Origin: Eremomyces bilateralis CBS 781.70
Lineage: Eukaryota
Reading direction: 5' to 3' (one strand)
DNA length: 64,000 nucleotides
Assembly (NCBI GenBank): GCA_010015585.1
Contig: ML975168.1
Numbering within the stretch: the first letter of the stretch is position 1; each line of letters opens with the position of its first letter. Below are positions 1 through 11,573 of this stretch, piece by piece. The notes beneath the pieces were generated by a model. That model was not told the DNA's origin. It was given only the letters and a program-made list of their open reading frames with translations, and searched no databases. A program made the position numbers and the translations under genes.

Positions 1-281
1 TCGCCAATCTGGCCTCCGATATTTCCGCCCACAAGGCAACCGAGTCCTCCAAACACTTTGCATCCGATCATGGTGCCAACAGCGGTTCCCACGCTTTCTC
101 CAAAAAGACCACCAATACTATCGTCGCCGTTGTTCCAGTTCCAACCACTGGTCCCCCAGGTATTGCCAATGTTGCCCCATCGGCTCCATCCACCCAACTG
201 CCACCCCGATTGGGGTATGGGCTCAGGGAGAGCAAGAACAAGTGGCACCAGGCCAGAGACTGAAAGAGCCGTGGTCTTCAT
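1..281 (-). CDS. Small secreted Gly/Trp/Asn-rich protein with a glycine-zipper (GxxxG) region; partial, runs off the window start
   Basis: Manual translation from ATG 281: MKTTALSVSGLVPLVLA-LPEPIPQSGWQLGGWSRWGNIGNTWGTSGWNWNNGDDSIGGLFGESVGTAVGTMIGCKVFGGLGCLVGGNIGGQIG... The frame is open to the edge and the N-terminus looks like a signal peptide. TATAAG lies about 80 nt upstream. It is absent from the ORF track because no stop falls inside the window. Confidence 0.75.
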   Translation of the reverse strand, partial: MKTTALSVSGLVPLVLALPEPIPQSGWQLGGWSRWGNIGNTWGTSGWNWNNGDDSIGGLFGESVGTAVGTMIGCKVFGGLGCLVGGNIGGQIG

Positions 282-360
282 GATTTCAGGTATTGCAGAT
301 TTTGGAACTAGAACGAGGGACAGGTTTCCTGTCTCTCCGAAGTTGGGTTTCTCCCCTTTT

Positions 361-366
361 CTTATA
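361..366 (-). promoter_or_regulatory. Putative TATA element of the secreted glycine-zipper gene
   Basis: TATAAG on the minus strand about 80 nt upstream of ATG 281, within a CT-poor/purine-rich (minus-strand) leader. Confidence 0.35.
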
Positions 367-1721
367 CTGGCTGTACAAATGAAAGCATGGGTCTGCTCAT
401 CATAGGGGTAGGCTCGTTCTAGAGGTGCCCACCGTATTTCGGTAATTCCTAGAATACGGGGAAGTTCATTTCGATTAAGTATTTCTTATGCCAAAGAAGG
501 GCAAGTCCACGGTGTGTTACGTTAGCTATATTATGGCTACGCAGGTGAGTCTATATCTCCGAGCATTGTCATTGGTTTCCGGCCTTCGATATACGACCAA
601 CTCTTTCTTACCCCCGTCTACCAACCAGCCTAACCGTACATGACCAAAGCTCTGGTTAGGGTTGCTGCAATACTGCCCTCCTCTGTACCTATGTAGATGT
701 ATTCTCATTCGGCGACACTGCTCGGTTAGTAAATGCGAAATACTAATTGGGACGAGGCACGACCTATTTTGGAGTCTGGGCCCTATAGCAATGTAGTTAC
801 TTGGGCGGCAGTTGGCCAAAGCGAAACCGGAATATTAACTAGCCAGTCGCCTGCAGTTCTGTAAATGTACGCAATAAATTAGATTAGGTCTAAACCGAGA
901 AATCAATATATATTCACGAAAACGCACGGACGCCAGCATCAACAACATTCAAAGTCCAGTTCCGCTTCAATTACCCTATCATCAATGTCTGCGAAAATTT
1001 GGTCTCCTCACCTCAGTGGTGACGTCTGTGGATGCAGTTGAGTCTACTCAGTTATCGATTCAGCCACACGTTGGTCAATTGCTCGTTCATTTCCCGCGGC
1101 TTCAATAAACTTCAAACGTCTGATCTCACTGGGCGGCACTGGCTATACATCTCGCTATATGGTTTACATATTAAGGCGATGGAGCATGGTTCGCGACCAA
1201 ATCCAGAGAGCTGGCACTGGGAAAGGTCGTCCCTATTTAACAACCGGTCAAGTGGTGGCCAGGAGGCGAAGCCTCCTGAGGGAGCGTTCCGATGTCAGCC
1301 GAAGAGTTTTGATGGTAGGATGGAATGCAATCCGTGCTAGAGCGATATGTGATCGCAGTGGGTGTTGGGCAGTTCGGTATACTGACCGTCTGCGAGCGTT
1401 TCATTTCTATGGAATGGGTGCTTGTCTGGTTTGAGCTCATGGAAGCAATCCCAATGGCTGAAGGTTCGTGATCTCAATATCTCAAATCAGAGCATCCGGG
1501 GTGGATGAATTTAACGGTTCTGAAGCATGCCTTTAAGTCGAGATGGCTTGATCGTAGCTCGTTACTGTCCCCACAGCAACTGCTTTATGCTGTTGATTAA
1601 CCACAGCGGCTCCTTAAAGGAAAATTGGCTCAAATTATTGATACCTGACGTACATTGCACCTGTGGAATATGCAATTGAACTTTCTGTTCCAAGGCCAAA
1701 TCCCCAAAGAATATCTGCATA

Positions 1722-3557
1722 TCAAGTCTCTTTTCGATAGCGTTGGGGTAATAAGCGCATCACAATTGATTCCAGCGCATCAAATGCCTTGGATATCAAT
1801 GCTCTCGAGTGGATTTCGTCGATTCGACATAGATGTGCATCTAAATTCAGGATAAGGGGCGCAGGCTTGTCCTCCAGCAACGTCTGCATTATATTTTGTA
1901 GGTCTTCCAAGGCTATTCGCACCGCGCCTTCTCGGTCATTTAGAGTGAGGTCAAAACCTTCCGGGACGTCCTTCTTTGTGGTGCTCATATGCCGTTTGAG
2001 GAGTGCATTCCAGGGAAGGATTCTGTCACCGCCTTGACGAACAGGGCAGTCTATGTCGTCTTTTCCCCTGTAAGCTATGCGAACCAAACTCATGCTCTGC
2101 TCCTCGTTCGGGAAAGTACAGAAAAATGTTTTGCGCTCGAGGCATGGCCATGATCCCAACATACCTAGGACGTAGAATTTGTCAAACCACAGGCCTCGCC
2201 AAAGGTGGTAGTGTCCATCGTAGGGTATTATATCATATCCGATCTCGAATTCGATGCTATGGACATCAGTGTAGAAACTAAGCCATTCCCGAAATGAGCC
2301 AGGCAGAAATGACCAACATTCGCCTGTCTCAAGGCAGGCCAGTAGATCGTCGCTGTAAGGGGCACCTGGTTCGCGGTATAGACTGGCCAGGTAAAGGTCG
2401 AAAGCGGTCCGGATATCGAGGAGAGGGGAGCACAAATGGTACTCCCTACCTCCATTCCGGCCGGAAATAGCCGTTAAGAGAGACGCTGGCACCTGAAGCA
2501 CATCCGATGCTACACCAGGGTTTGATGAAGTCGCATCGCCACCTCTTCTCAACGGACGACTAATAGATTATTTCTTGAGGCTGTTCCACCATGCCGTCCG
2601 AAGCTCAAATTGATCGAGTGTCAAACTCTGCCGAAATTGACGAGGGAAATCCAGCGGATAACGGCATAAGACACCAGTATACAGCGTCCAGCCAACAAGT
2701 CTAATGAATGCCAAAGCACCTTGAATGCCTAGCCACACGGCAGCTCCTTGCGGGGAAATTTTTCTGACTTCACATACTGACAATCGTACGCAGAAGTTGC
2801 AATGCCAGCCAGTGTAATCGAACATACTCGAACGAGCATGTGGATATGTGCGGGTAGAATACGGACGTTGTAAACCCCCCAGACTTTCCCCTTTTCACAC
2901 AACAGTAGGCTTCGTTTAGTACCCTATTTGCTGGGTTCCATTCGCGGAATATTATGCCCCGGCGGAGGTATCCGTCCTAGCAAGTACAGAAAGCCCCATA
3001 ACGTCGATGCAAGGACAGTAGACACTGCCAACGCTACTGATCTATATAGCTGCGTTTCGGAAAACACTGGCCGGTATATGACAATGATACTAGCAGTCGT
3101 ACCGATGGCAAGCAATTGTAGCAGCGCAAGATAGATAACTGAACCAGAACAGACCGAAACCGCCGGCCCGAAGCCCACAGCCAATACTGGGTCTCAGGCT
3201 CTCGAACATGTTGCATGATCCGCGGAGGGGGGTTGAGCTCATCCGAGCCGGTATCGGCAGCCCAGATCATGCTTTCTTCGGTATGATATTCCTGCATAAC
3301 CAGCCGCCATCGATGGACGTTGTCTTCCCGCCCATAAATGGTCGCAGGTTAAAGGTAGATAGCCCCCCCGATTCGCACACTTGTCTGCCCATGGCGAGCT
3401 TCAATAGAACTCGAACGAACCTCATGAACCCGAGCAGCGAGAGGGAGGTCAATGCCATCGGAATCAGACCGTGCATATAATCAAACACATATCGTTCGAC
3501 TGAGTCGAAGGAGAAGATGGGACAAGATAACCGTTAAGCATGTATAGAAGACGACAT
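1722..3557 (-). pseudogene. Disrupted gene for an uncharacterised fungal multi-pass membrane protein
   Basis: Colinear protein-like, hydrophobic fragments: FSFDSVERYVFDYMHGLIPMALTSLSLLGFMRFVRVLLKLAMG; IYLALLQLLAIGTTASIIVIY; AVWLGIQGALAFIRLVGWTLY; then the 276-aa ORF. ORFs 2568-2825 and 1722-2552 are in the same frame, separated by TAA at 2568-2570. Other pieces are frameshifted with no obvious splice sites. Confidence 0.5.
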
Positions 3558-3986
3558 TTTCGATTGACCATTTTCGCAAAATTCGACTTGGATAAGGTTG
3601 ACGCAAGTGACTTGGCGAAAGAAACGCTTGAGGCATGTTTGTAGTAGATGAAATATAAGCAATGAAGTGGAAACAGACCAAAGCAATATTCCATCGCCCA
3701 GCGAACCTTGAACCACCGAAAAGATAGATATAGTATTCGGTCGTCAACTCGATGGGACATCTATTCTGAACTAGGCATCGTGGAGCCTTGCGACCTGGTC
3801 TTGGACCTAGTTTTAGACCTTTCAGGAGCTCTGTCGCACCGCGTGAGGAAGCGATAGCAAACAATACGGGTGTCTGCGCAATATCGCTTCCGATTGCCTC
3901 AGCCATTCGTACAGTCCTCCATCCTGCCACTACGTGCTGCCTTCGAATCACAAGTTTTGTGCTCTATACGACAACCACGCCGGTAT

Positions 3987-5369
3987 TCAACTCCTTTTCT
4001 TAAGTTTCGGTGTAACCGGAACCCTCCACCGCTCCCTAACCCCCCTCCTCCCCTCAAACGCCTCCCTCCTCGGCGTCCTCATCCCCCTCAACAACCTCTC
4101 CCCCGCTGGCGTCAAATTCCCTCTCGGCGTCCCCGGCGTCCCAGGCGTCCGTCCCTCCGCACCTCTCCCCTCCACCCCCTTCTCCTTCTCCTTCGCCTTC
4201 TCCACAAGCCGATGATGCAACGCCTCCCTCCTACTCGCTTCGTTAATCGTAAACGGGTTTCTCCCACCATCCGCGCCGCTCCTTAACCGCGCTAACAACG
4301 CACTCGTGCGCGCATCCTCATCCCCCGCCACTCCCCCTGCCGCAGCAGCAACCTCCGCCTCCGTCGCCTCCGCATCCACAAACGCATATCCCCCTACCCT
4401 GGGTGTCTCTCCGCCCCCACCATCTACTGCTGACCCCGCCTCTGTCTCTGTCCGCCTCTCCCGCCCTGCCAACGCGTCCCGCACGGCCGAAATGCTCGGA
4501 CTCGGGGGTATGGGCACGTGAGACGACGGCAGCATTGGGTCGGGCATGCGGGTGTTTGAGTAGGATACGGACTTTGGCGCAGCGCGGGACGCGGAGGCGG
4601 CGGCTTGTGCGGTGGTGGGTTCGACAGCGTCGGGAGGGAACATGAGGGTGTTCTTTGGGTTTTCACGGCGGGTGGTGGGGGCGGCGGGGCGGGTGTCGGG
4701 AGCGTGGGAGAGGCGGATGAGGGATTGGGAGGTGGAAGAAGGGGGGAGGGATGCTTGTTGTTTGCAGTATTCGAGTTGGCGAGTGGAGGGGATCTTGTTG
4801 CCTGCGTAGAGCCATCTGTATTTCTCCGCGTGCTTGGTGTTCTGCTTATCGAGGAGGGCGTTAAACGATTCGTTGTCTTCGGAGGTATATTTCGCCATGA
4901 ATGCGTCAAGGCTGAGATTCAGGTCGACTTCAGGTTGTTCGGGTTTCCTGTCGGCAGCGTCCCGGGATGGCGTACGGCTCGCTATTGGAGTCGGAGTCGC
5001 CCCCGTCCACCCTACCGGCGTCTCCCCAGCAATCCCATCATTCACCGGGGTCATGCTCACACCTCTTCTCCCCACGACCCGTCTCCCATCCGCCCGCGGC
5101 GTCATGAGGGTCTCCAACCGTCCCTGCGCATCGAGGATCCATTCTCGATCCCGCGACTCCACCGCATCCAGGAACTCCTGCTGTGTTTCTGTTTCTAGCA
5201 GCCCGGGGAAGAAATCTCGCTTGATGATATGAGAGAGAGCGTCGGTGTAGGTGTCTTCGGGTAGGACGGTGGATGGCCGCTTTATTCGTTTAGTAGGTGG
5301 TGGGGGCATGGTGGTGAGTTCGGAGGGAGCGGAGCGCTTCATGAGCGCTTTTGATGGGGAAGACGCCAT
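3987..5369 (-). CDS. ESS2: Nuclear/spliceosome-associated protein Es2/DGCR14 (S. pombe Bis1-like)
   Basis: Intronless 460 aa. Motifs VLPEDTYTDALSHIIKRDFFPGL, LSLDAFMAKYTSEDNESFNALL, NTLMFPPD, TPRVGGYAFV and LTPAGERLL are typical of the Es2 family. Confidence 0.92.
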   Translation of the reverse strand: MASSPSKALMKRSAPSELTTMPPPPTKRIKRPSTVLPEDTYTDALSHIIKRDFFPGLLETETQQEFLDAVESRDREWILDAQGRLETLMTPRADGRRVVGRRGVSMTPVNDGIAGETPVGWTGATPTPIASRTPSRDAADRKPEQPEVDLNLSLDAFMAKYTSEDNESFNALLDKQNTKHAEKYRWLYAGNKIPSTRQLEYCKQQASLPPSSTSQSLIRLSHAPDTRPAAPTTRRENPKNTLMFPPDAVEPTTAQAAASASRAAPKSVSYSNTRMPDPMLPSSHVPIPPSPSISAVRDALAGRERRTETEAGSAVDGGGGETPRVGGYAFVDAEATEAEVAAAAGGVAGDEDARTSALLARLRSGADGGRNPFTINEASRREALHHRLVEKAKEKEKGVEGRGAEGRTPGTPGTPRGNLTPAGERLLRGMRTPRREAFEGRRGVRERWRVPVTPKLKKRS

Positions 5370-5755
5370 GGCTCGTTGATGGCGAGGACTTGATCGGGTT
5401 ATAGATGTGATCGAGACATGTAGAAGGGGTAAGTGAAGTAACTAGATAATGTGCAAAACAAAGTTTAAGATTGTTGTTTGATGACGATGCTGATATGCGC
5501 CGGCTGAAGTTCGGTGAATCCTGGCGGAAGGTCCCCTGAATGGAGGGATCGTAATATCCGATACAAATTCAACATAGCAAACCTTGGACAGACTTTGAAC
5601 CTTACGTCTATGATCGCTACCCAGGCCTATATGATCCATGGCTTACAATATATCATCTTCATAGTGCATGAAATACGAATGATCTTCCATTTAGTAATCA
5701 ATCTTACATCACATCCAACTACAAACTACACCACTTCCCCCACCCCCCCTCTCCA

Positions 5756-8700
5756 TCACTCCTTCGCCACCGGTGGCTCATAACTCTTAAACCTTGTCAC
5801 CTCCCCCATCGAGCCCCGCGCACCCCTCCCCCTCCTCGGACCTCTACTCCCTGGCCCGCCACCCCGTCCACTCCCCCCGTCTCTCCTCACCCCACCCCCC
5901 TCCGTCGCCACCGTCTCCCCCCTCTCCCTCATCACCGCCGCCAGCTCCTCCCGTCGTGCCCTCCCTCGTTTCGCTCCTGCCTGCCGCCTCCGCGATTCCC
6001 ACGCAGGCGTGATGCTGACGCCACCTTGCGCGAACGCCGGCGCGCCGGAGATGGGGCTGGGTGCGATGCCGGGGATGCCGGAAACGGGAGTGGGCGTGAT
6101 TCCGGCGACTGGGCTAGGCGCGATGCCGGATACGGGACTGGGTGCGATGCCGGATCCTGGGCTCGGCGGGATGCCGGATCCTGGGCTCGGCGCGATGCCG
6201 GGCGCGGAGCTGGCGGAAGGAGGATGCGAGGGCGGAGGATGGGTAGGAGGGCGCTCGGGTGGGGCGGGGGCGAGGGGGAGTTGGCTGGGGATAGTGTGGT
6301 GGTGGTGGTTTTGCATTTGCTGGGTGTGGTGGTGGTGGATGGGGGCGGGGAGAATGGTGGGGCCGCCGTATTGGGGGCCGTTGTAGGGAGATTGAGGGGG
6401 GTGAGGGGCTGTTGGGGTGGGTGGAGGGTGCGGCGCGATGGAGACGGGGCCGGCGGCGGGAGGGTTCGGGCTACCTTGGGTTTGAGGAGGTGCTGCCGTT
6501 GGTGAGGTGCTGTATTGCGATGGGAGAGGGGGAGGGGGGTATTGAATCCAGTAGGGTGTCGGGGGAGGGGGAGGGCCTGTATTGGGAGGTGGAAACCGCC
6601 AGTACGGAGTCTGTGGAGAAGGTGGCGGCGGCGAAAGATGATGTGGGTGACCGGGAGGAGGTGGTAGAGCGTAGCTGTATCCCGGAGGAGGCGGTGGGAA
6701 TGCGCCAGGAGCGTTTGGTGGTGGAGGCGGTGCGCCGGGGACGTGGAATTGATACCCGCCGTGCGGTCCTGGTATGAAAGGAGACATAGCGGATCCACTC
6801 TTTTCGGGGCTACTGGTTCGCCCGGACTGTGGTGGAGGGGGTGTTGCTCCATGAGCTCCTTTGCTGATCGCCTGCCAGAAAGTTTTCCCGCGCTTCGTCG
6901 CCTTTTCCGACGCACGTTCAAGCGATGGATCGTTTGGATTCAAGCTGAACACGGTCTGCGTGGCGATACCCGCCTGCTTATTCTCTCTGTTCTGTGAATT
7001 GTATTTCCCATCTTCGGTTCGTATCGAGAACGTGGAGACGGGGATCGACCCCTGATGGATTATAGTTGTCGGTGTAGGCTCCACGCGCCATTGCTTCATG
7101 GAGGGTTGCTGTTTCGGTTCGGATTTCAGAATGGGCGACTCCAGCTCGTGCGGCGCGTTGAGCAAATCGGTAATCTTCTTGCCCCTTGTGGCACTCCTCG
7201 GACGGGTCGACGGCCTTTCTCTCTCCTCGGCTTCCTTCCTGGATTGCCTTTCCGCCTCCATTTTCTCCTCGAACTCGCGGCTTGTCCTCTCCGCTTCCAT
7301 CTTCTCCTCGATGTCTCTTTGCTCTGAATGTGATCGCTTCCGTTCGCCCACTCTCGCCTCCCGTAATTGCTCTGTGTGACCCACGCGAATCTGTTGGCTC
7401 GCCACTCTGGTATACTGCCCTTTCAGCTCCATAAGTGCGTTAAGAGCAGCAGCCTCACGGTCCACATCTTCACCGCCTGTATGCGTGTCGGTAGACTTAT
7501 TGGGAATGATGGCGCAAATTTCCATGTGACGGCGATCAGCAAGCTGGTCACCAGATTCGGTAGATTCGCGAGCATCGCCTTCGACCGACTTTGCGATATA
7601 GTACCCTTCGGGTTGGGACGATGGGCCTGGCCCTGACTTGTCTGCCAAATCGGTGGCCGATCCGGGAGCTGTCTCAGCCCCAACTTTTGCCTTCCCTTTG
7701 CCAGTTGGCGTAGCGATCTTCTTCCCCTTGGTTCTTCTTCGTTTCATTCCGACATCTACCTCCGCTACCACGCCATGTTCTTCAGTGGAGATCTCAGGAA
7801 GCCCCTGCTCTTCAAGGTTTTCATCGACTGACTCATCCTGGGCGTCGTAAACAGCTCGGAGGAGCTCTGGGTCGATTTGATTTTTGGTTTGGTTATTTGG
7901 GGCCTTGGGAGGAATAAACGGTCGTCGGTACACCCAAGAGGGTTCTAATAAAGAATCGACCCAATCGGAATCGAGTATGAGAACATCGAGCTGCTGATCC
8001 ATCCCCCGTTTCAACCTTGAATCTGCTGCAAAACGTTCAAGGTCATTGGGTTTGAGGGTTCGAGAGCCGCTGTGAGTGTACTTGGTGGAGAGGAGTCTCT
8101 CTTTGAACAAGCCCCGCGCCCCAAGGCTCCTCTCGTCCTCGGTCGGCAGAATACGTCCATCGTCCGTGGCTGCGTCTTCCTCTTCAACGCGTCTATCTGA
8201 TAGGCGGATGGTGGAACTGTGCGCAAACGCCAAGAGACAGCCTTCAACAGTCTCAATGACATCGACCTCGGCGGCTTCCAATTTCCGGTTCCATTTCTCC
8301 TGGATCAGGTATTTTTCTCCTTCGTTCTTCCGCTCCGCCCATTTAAGTTTGACCTGTTTCATGGCTTCGACTTCCTTGACACGCTCATCGAGACGGCGCG
8401 ACAGATATAATTGGATTTCCTTTGTCGCTTCCATCTCTTCTAGGCGGTTGCGTGCCTCTTCTGACTCCTGCTTCAGCTCGTCCAATGCTCTTTTGTTCAG
8501 CTCCTCGAGGTAGGGCTTCATAGCAGAGGCAACCGCTTTGAAACATCCCTTCAATTCCTTGGCTCGGATGATCGCCGCGGCAACTTCGGGTCCGTATCTG
8601 CCTCTTCTCCCAGGCAGCCTTCCTCTTCCTTGCCGCTTCTGCGCAACAATCTCAGCGCCAGCTTCCTCCGCGACATCATCGACGCCATCAACATCTTCGT

Positions 8701-9091
8701 CTCCGTTCCTCGGTTGTGTAGACTGGTCGGCGTCATCACCATTCACTTCGGATCTGGTAGACCCCGCCGCCGGAGTCGAATGGCCTGCATCAGCTCGCGT
8801 CGCCCAGCGACCTCCTCGACCACGGCCACGACCTCTTCCACCCCTGCTACCTCGTACTCGACCTCTGTAACCTCCCCGACTTGTAGGAGTCACAATAGTT
8901 GGTGCTGCTGTTGGGGCTTCAGACGATTCCGGTGCTTCGCTAGCATCATTGCCGACCGTCACGTCCGGCTCCATGGCGACATCGCTGTCGGCAGGGGTCT
9001 CGTTGCCGGATTTGGCTACCTCTGAGTCCAGCGCAAGACGTTTTGATGGAACGTCTGGTTCCGGTTCACGACTTCGCTTTCCGGCAGCCAT
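5756..9091 (-). CDS. Uncharacterised large, probably nuclear protein (RG-rich segments, coiled coil, Pro-rich tail)
   Basis: Open frame of more than 1100 codons. The likely start MAAGKRSREPEP at 9091 is directly preceded by a CTGAC...CAG acceptor, so there is an upstream intron/exon. Contains a GRGRGRGRGG tract, an E/K-rich helical region and a Pro/His-rich C-terminus. Confidence 0.8.
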   Translation of the reverse strand: MAAGKRSREPEPDVPSKRLALDSEVAKSGNETPADSDVAMEPDVTVGNDASEAPESSEAPTAAPTIVTPTSRGGYRGRVRGSRGGRGRGRGRGGRWATRADAGHSTPAAGSTRSEVNGDDADQSTQPRNGDEDVDGVDDVAEEAGAEIVAQKRQGRGRLPGRRGRYGPEVAAAIIRAKELKGCFKAVASAMKPYLEELNKRALDELKQESEEARNRLEEMEATKEIQLYLSRRLDERVKEVEAMKQVKLKWAERKNEGEKYLIQEKWNRKLEAAEVDVIETVEGCLLAFAHSSTIRLSDRRVEEEDAATDDGRILPTEDERSLGARGLFKERLLSTKYTHSGSRTLKPNDLERFAADSRLKRGMDQQLDVLILDSDWVDSLLEPSWVYRRPFIPPKAPNNQTKNQIDPELLRAVYDAQDESVDENLEEQGLPEISTEEHGVVAEVDVGMKRRRTKGKKIATPTGKGKAKVGAETAPGSATDLADKSGPGPSSQPEGYYIAKSVEGDARESTESGDQLADRRHMEICAIIPNKSTDTHTGGEDVDREAAALNALMELKGQYTRVASQQIRVGHTEQLREARVGERKRSHSEQRDIEEKMEAERTSREFEEKMEAERQSRKEAEERERPSTRPRSATRGKKITDLLNAPHELESPILKSEPKQQPSMKQWRVEPTPTTIIHQGSIPVSTFSIRTEDGKYNSQNRENKQAGIATQTVFSLNPNDPSLERASEKATKRGKTFWQAISKGAHGATPPPPQSGRTSSPEKSGSAMSPFIPGPHGGYQFHVPGAPPPPPNAPGAFPPPPPGYSYALPPPPGHPHHLSPPPPSPQTPYWRFPPPNTGPPPPPTPYWIQYPPPPLPSQYSTSPTAAPPQTQGSPNPPAAGPVSIAPHPPPTPTAPHPPQSPYNGPQYGGPTILPAPIHHHHTQQMQNHHHHTIPSQLPLAPAPPERPPTHPPPSHPPSASSAPGIAPSPGSGIPPSPGSGIAPSPVSGIAPSPVAGITPTPVSGIPGIAPSPISGAPAFAQGGVSITPAWESRRRQAGAKRGRARREELAAVMRERGETVATEGGGVRRDGGSGRGGGPGSRGPRRGRGARGSMGEVTRFKSYEPPVAKE
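6051..6205 (-). repeat. Coding 24-nt tandem repeat, about 6 copies of GI(A/P/T)P(S/T)P(G/V/I)(S/A)
   Basis: Protein reads GIAPSPGS GIPPSPGS GIAPSPVS GIAPSPVA GITPTPVS GIP GIAPSPIS. Confidence 0.85.
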
Positions 9092-11573
9092 CCTGTGGTG
9101 GTCGTCAGTTGGACAGCCTTTACAAGATAAGGACAGATGCCGGGTCATGGTGATCGTATCCAAAATAGAACCTCGCGCGTGTAACAAAAATTATTTAGTA
9201 AAACCAAGCCAAAGAGAATATAGGGATAATGATGATGATAATAACTCAGGTGAAAAGCATTAGGTTCGATATGTTTTGCTCACGCGCAAAACTCATCATG
9301 GTCGACCAGGATGAAACAGGGCGACCAAAGAAGTCAATGGAAGACGGAGTGAATCAAGGAAGAGAATGGCATCGCTTGGCAATATATAAAAGAACCCCAG
9401 AAACATAATAACACGCGATTCAAACGGATACTGAAGTTAATGAAGGAAACGTACGTTGCACCAAGCTGAGAAATGGCTGGTGATGACATTCATGCCAGCA
9501 AGGCACTACCCTCTCATAACCCACCACAGTCTCCCCCAAAGACGAGCGCGGAAGGTGAAGAAAAAAATGCGCCAATCCAACAAATCATGAAGAAAGAACC
9601 GAGGAATATATGGAAAGGTTCATGAGACAGTATGGTCATAGATAGGTTAAAAGGTTGCAAAGATGTAAGAAATGGATGGATGGAGGATATGGCTGGCTGG
9701 GGTGGGCGGCGCAAAACGGGAATTAGCGCACTAACCTTAATTGGGATCAAGTCCTTACCCGTACCACGAGACCGGGTGATGAGACTGTACGATGGCGTGG
9801 AGAGCAGAAAATAGAGGAAGAGAAGGTAAGAGAAAGGTCCAAATGATTTAGATACCAGGATGAGAAGGGATATGATGCAGAAATGCTGGATGTGAGCGAA
9901 TAATCGAAAGGGCATCAAAGTAAGATGGTCTTGGTCGGCGGGAATAGAGCGGATGAGAGACTCCCTTGGGACTTTAATCGCTGTTTTCAAAAGGGCAGGG
10001 AGACGTGGAAGAGGTCAATGAAATTCATGATAATAATGTCATATCAGTCGAGGAGATGCTATTGTTTTTGGATGAAGCATCTGAATGAAGCATCTAAATG
10101 AGTATTAGGATCCAGATAGAAAGGACAGGTTCTTCTTCCGGGGCCATTCATCAGGGCTTTTGCCTTCGTGGAATCGAAGTAGGTGGTGCGTTGTGGCCAA
10201 GCAAATGGGTTCTACCCAAATCAGACGCTATTCCTTATTGATCCATGTCCATGCATCATGTCAATGCATCATGCCGCCCTCTTCCAATCCCATTGTCTCA
10301 AATTTCCTTAAATCGTGATTTGGCTCGTAGATGGTGGGCTATTCTTAATTCTCACTCATCTTCATCTTCTATCTTCTATATTTCTTTATACCATCCCATC
10401 ATCATATTTCTTGGTCTGCCTCCTATTTCTTCGTAATTACCGAGCAGCCCCGAAATCCGAATTCTCGCTTCGAGCATTTCTCTCATTCTTGCCCTGCGGT
10501 GTCTCATCCTTCAAAGCAAGGAAGCCGTCGGAAAGGCTAACCCAAACCGATGGAAACAAATGGGTCAAGAGGAGTCGGTCCCAGCCGCAACTCATTTTGG
10601 GGATTCTCATTGGTTGATGTCCATCTCGTACCAAATGTGGAACCTCGTCAATTCTCATTTCTCACTTCTGTTCAGTTGCTGTCCTGATTGATGAACTGTC
10701 CGGTGAGATTTTGAGTCGGTGGCATATCCATCATCGACCGTCAGCATTTTAGCAATTGGATATGGTTGCGGATTGGCGTAAATAGGTAGATGATAGACAA
10801 CATCGAATAGCGGGGATAGGACGTGCCTCGTTCATTCCTTCAGTTGTCAAACTTTGTATATTCTGTTCACTCCCGTTGTGATCAATCAAGGCCAGAAGGA
10901 AGTCGGCGTAAAATGGAAGAATACAGAAGAGCTCCTTTCTGATTCTGAATCCCCAGATGATGACCTGATCTCCTAAATGCTTTTCTTCCTTCTCTTTCAC
11001 GTTATAGTATGGTATTGGATGTGGAGGCGTCCTTGCCAGAATCAACCGAACTTCATAACCAAAGCGCAGTGCCCAATTTGATATTTCAGCACTGAGCCCC
11101 GTCCACTTTGAAGAGTCTGCATTTCAAGAAATTAGAGCAAAACAGCATGTAACTGGAATGCAAATGTATCACCATTTTCAAATTCGAGGATTAACGCGGC
11201 CGATTCTGAGCCACGTGTCGTCGAAGCTGAATTAAACATTTCTCACTATAGTGGGACTGAGGAAGGAGCGTCCGTCAGCGCTGCACATCTCCCATTATAT
11301 AGAATATCCATTGATCGGAGATTCAGAATCGCAGCATACCTGCATGCTTCCGATCATTATGCCATTGTTAATTATGATACGTTATGATCTCCATATAGCA
11401 AGAGGCGCATCCAGCCCCCTCTCCTCCATCCCACAGCCCAGCACAATTAGTCCGTCGTGCTCATGATATCCAAGATACACCAAAGGGACCGAATCCACTC
11501 ACCCCAGCGTAAACCCATATCGCATTATCGCTCCAGTCGTGTATATTCCAACGCCAATCCCGATCCCAAAAAT

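Noticed and set aside
9092..9187. N-terminal extension in the ORF track (1143-aa version)
   Set aside because: It begins at a non-ATG codon and contains branch and acceptor signals, so it is most likely intronic.
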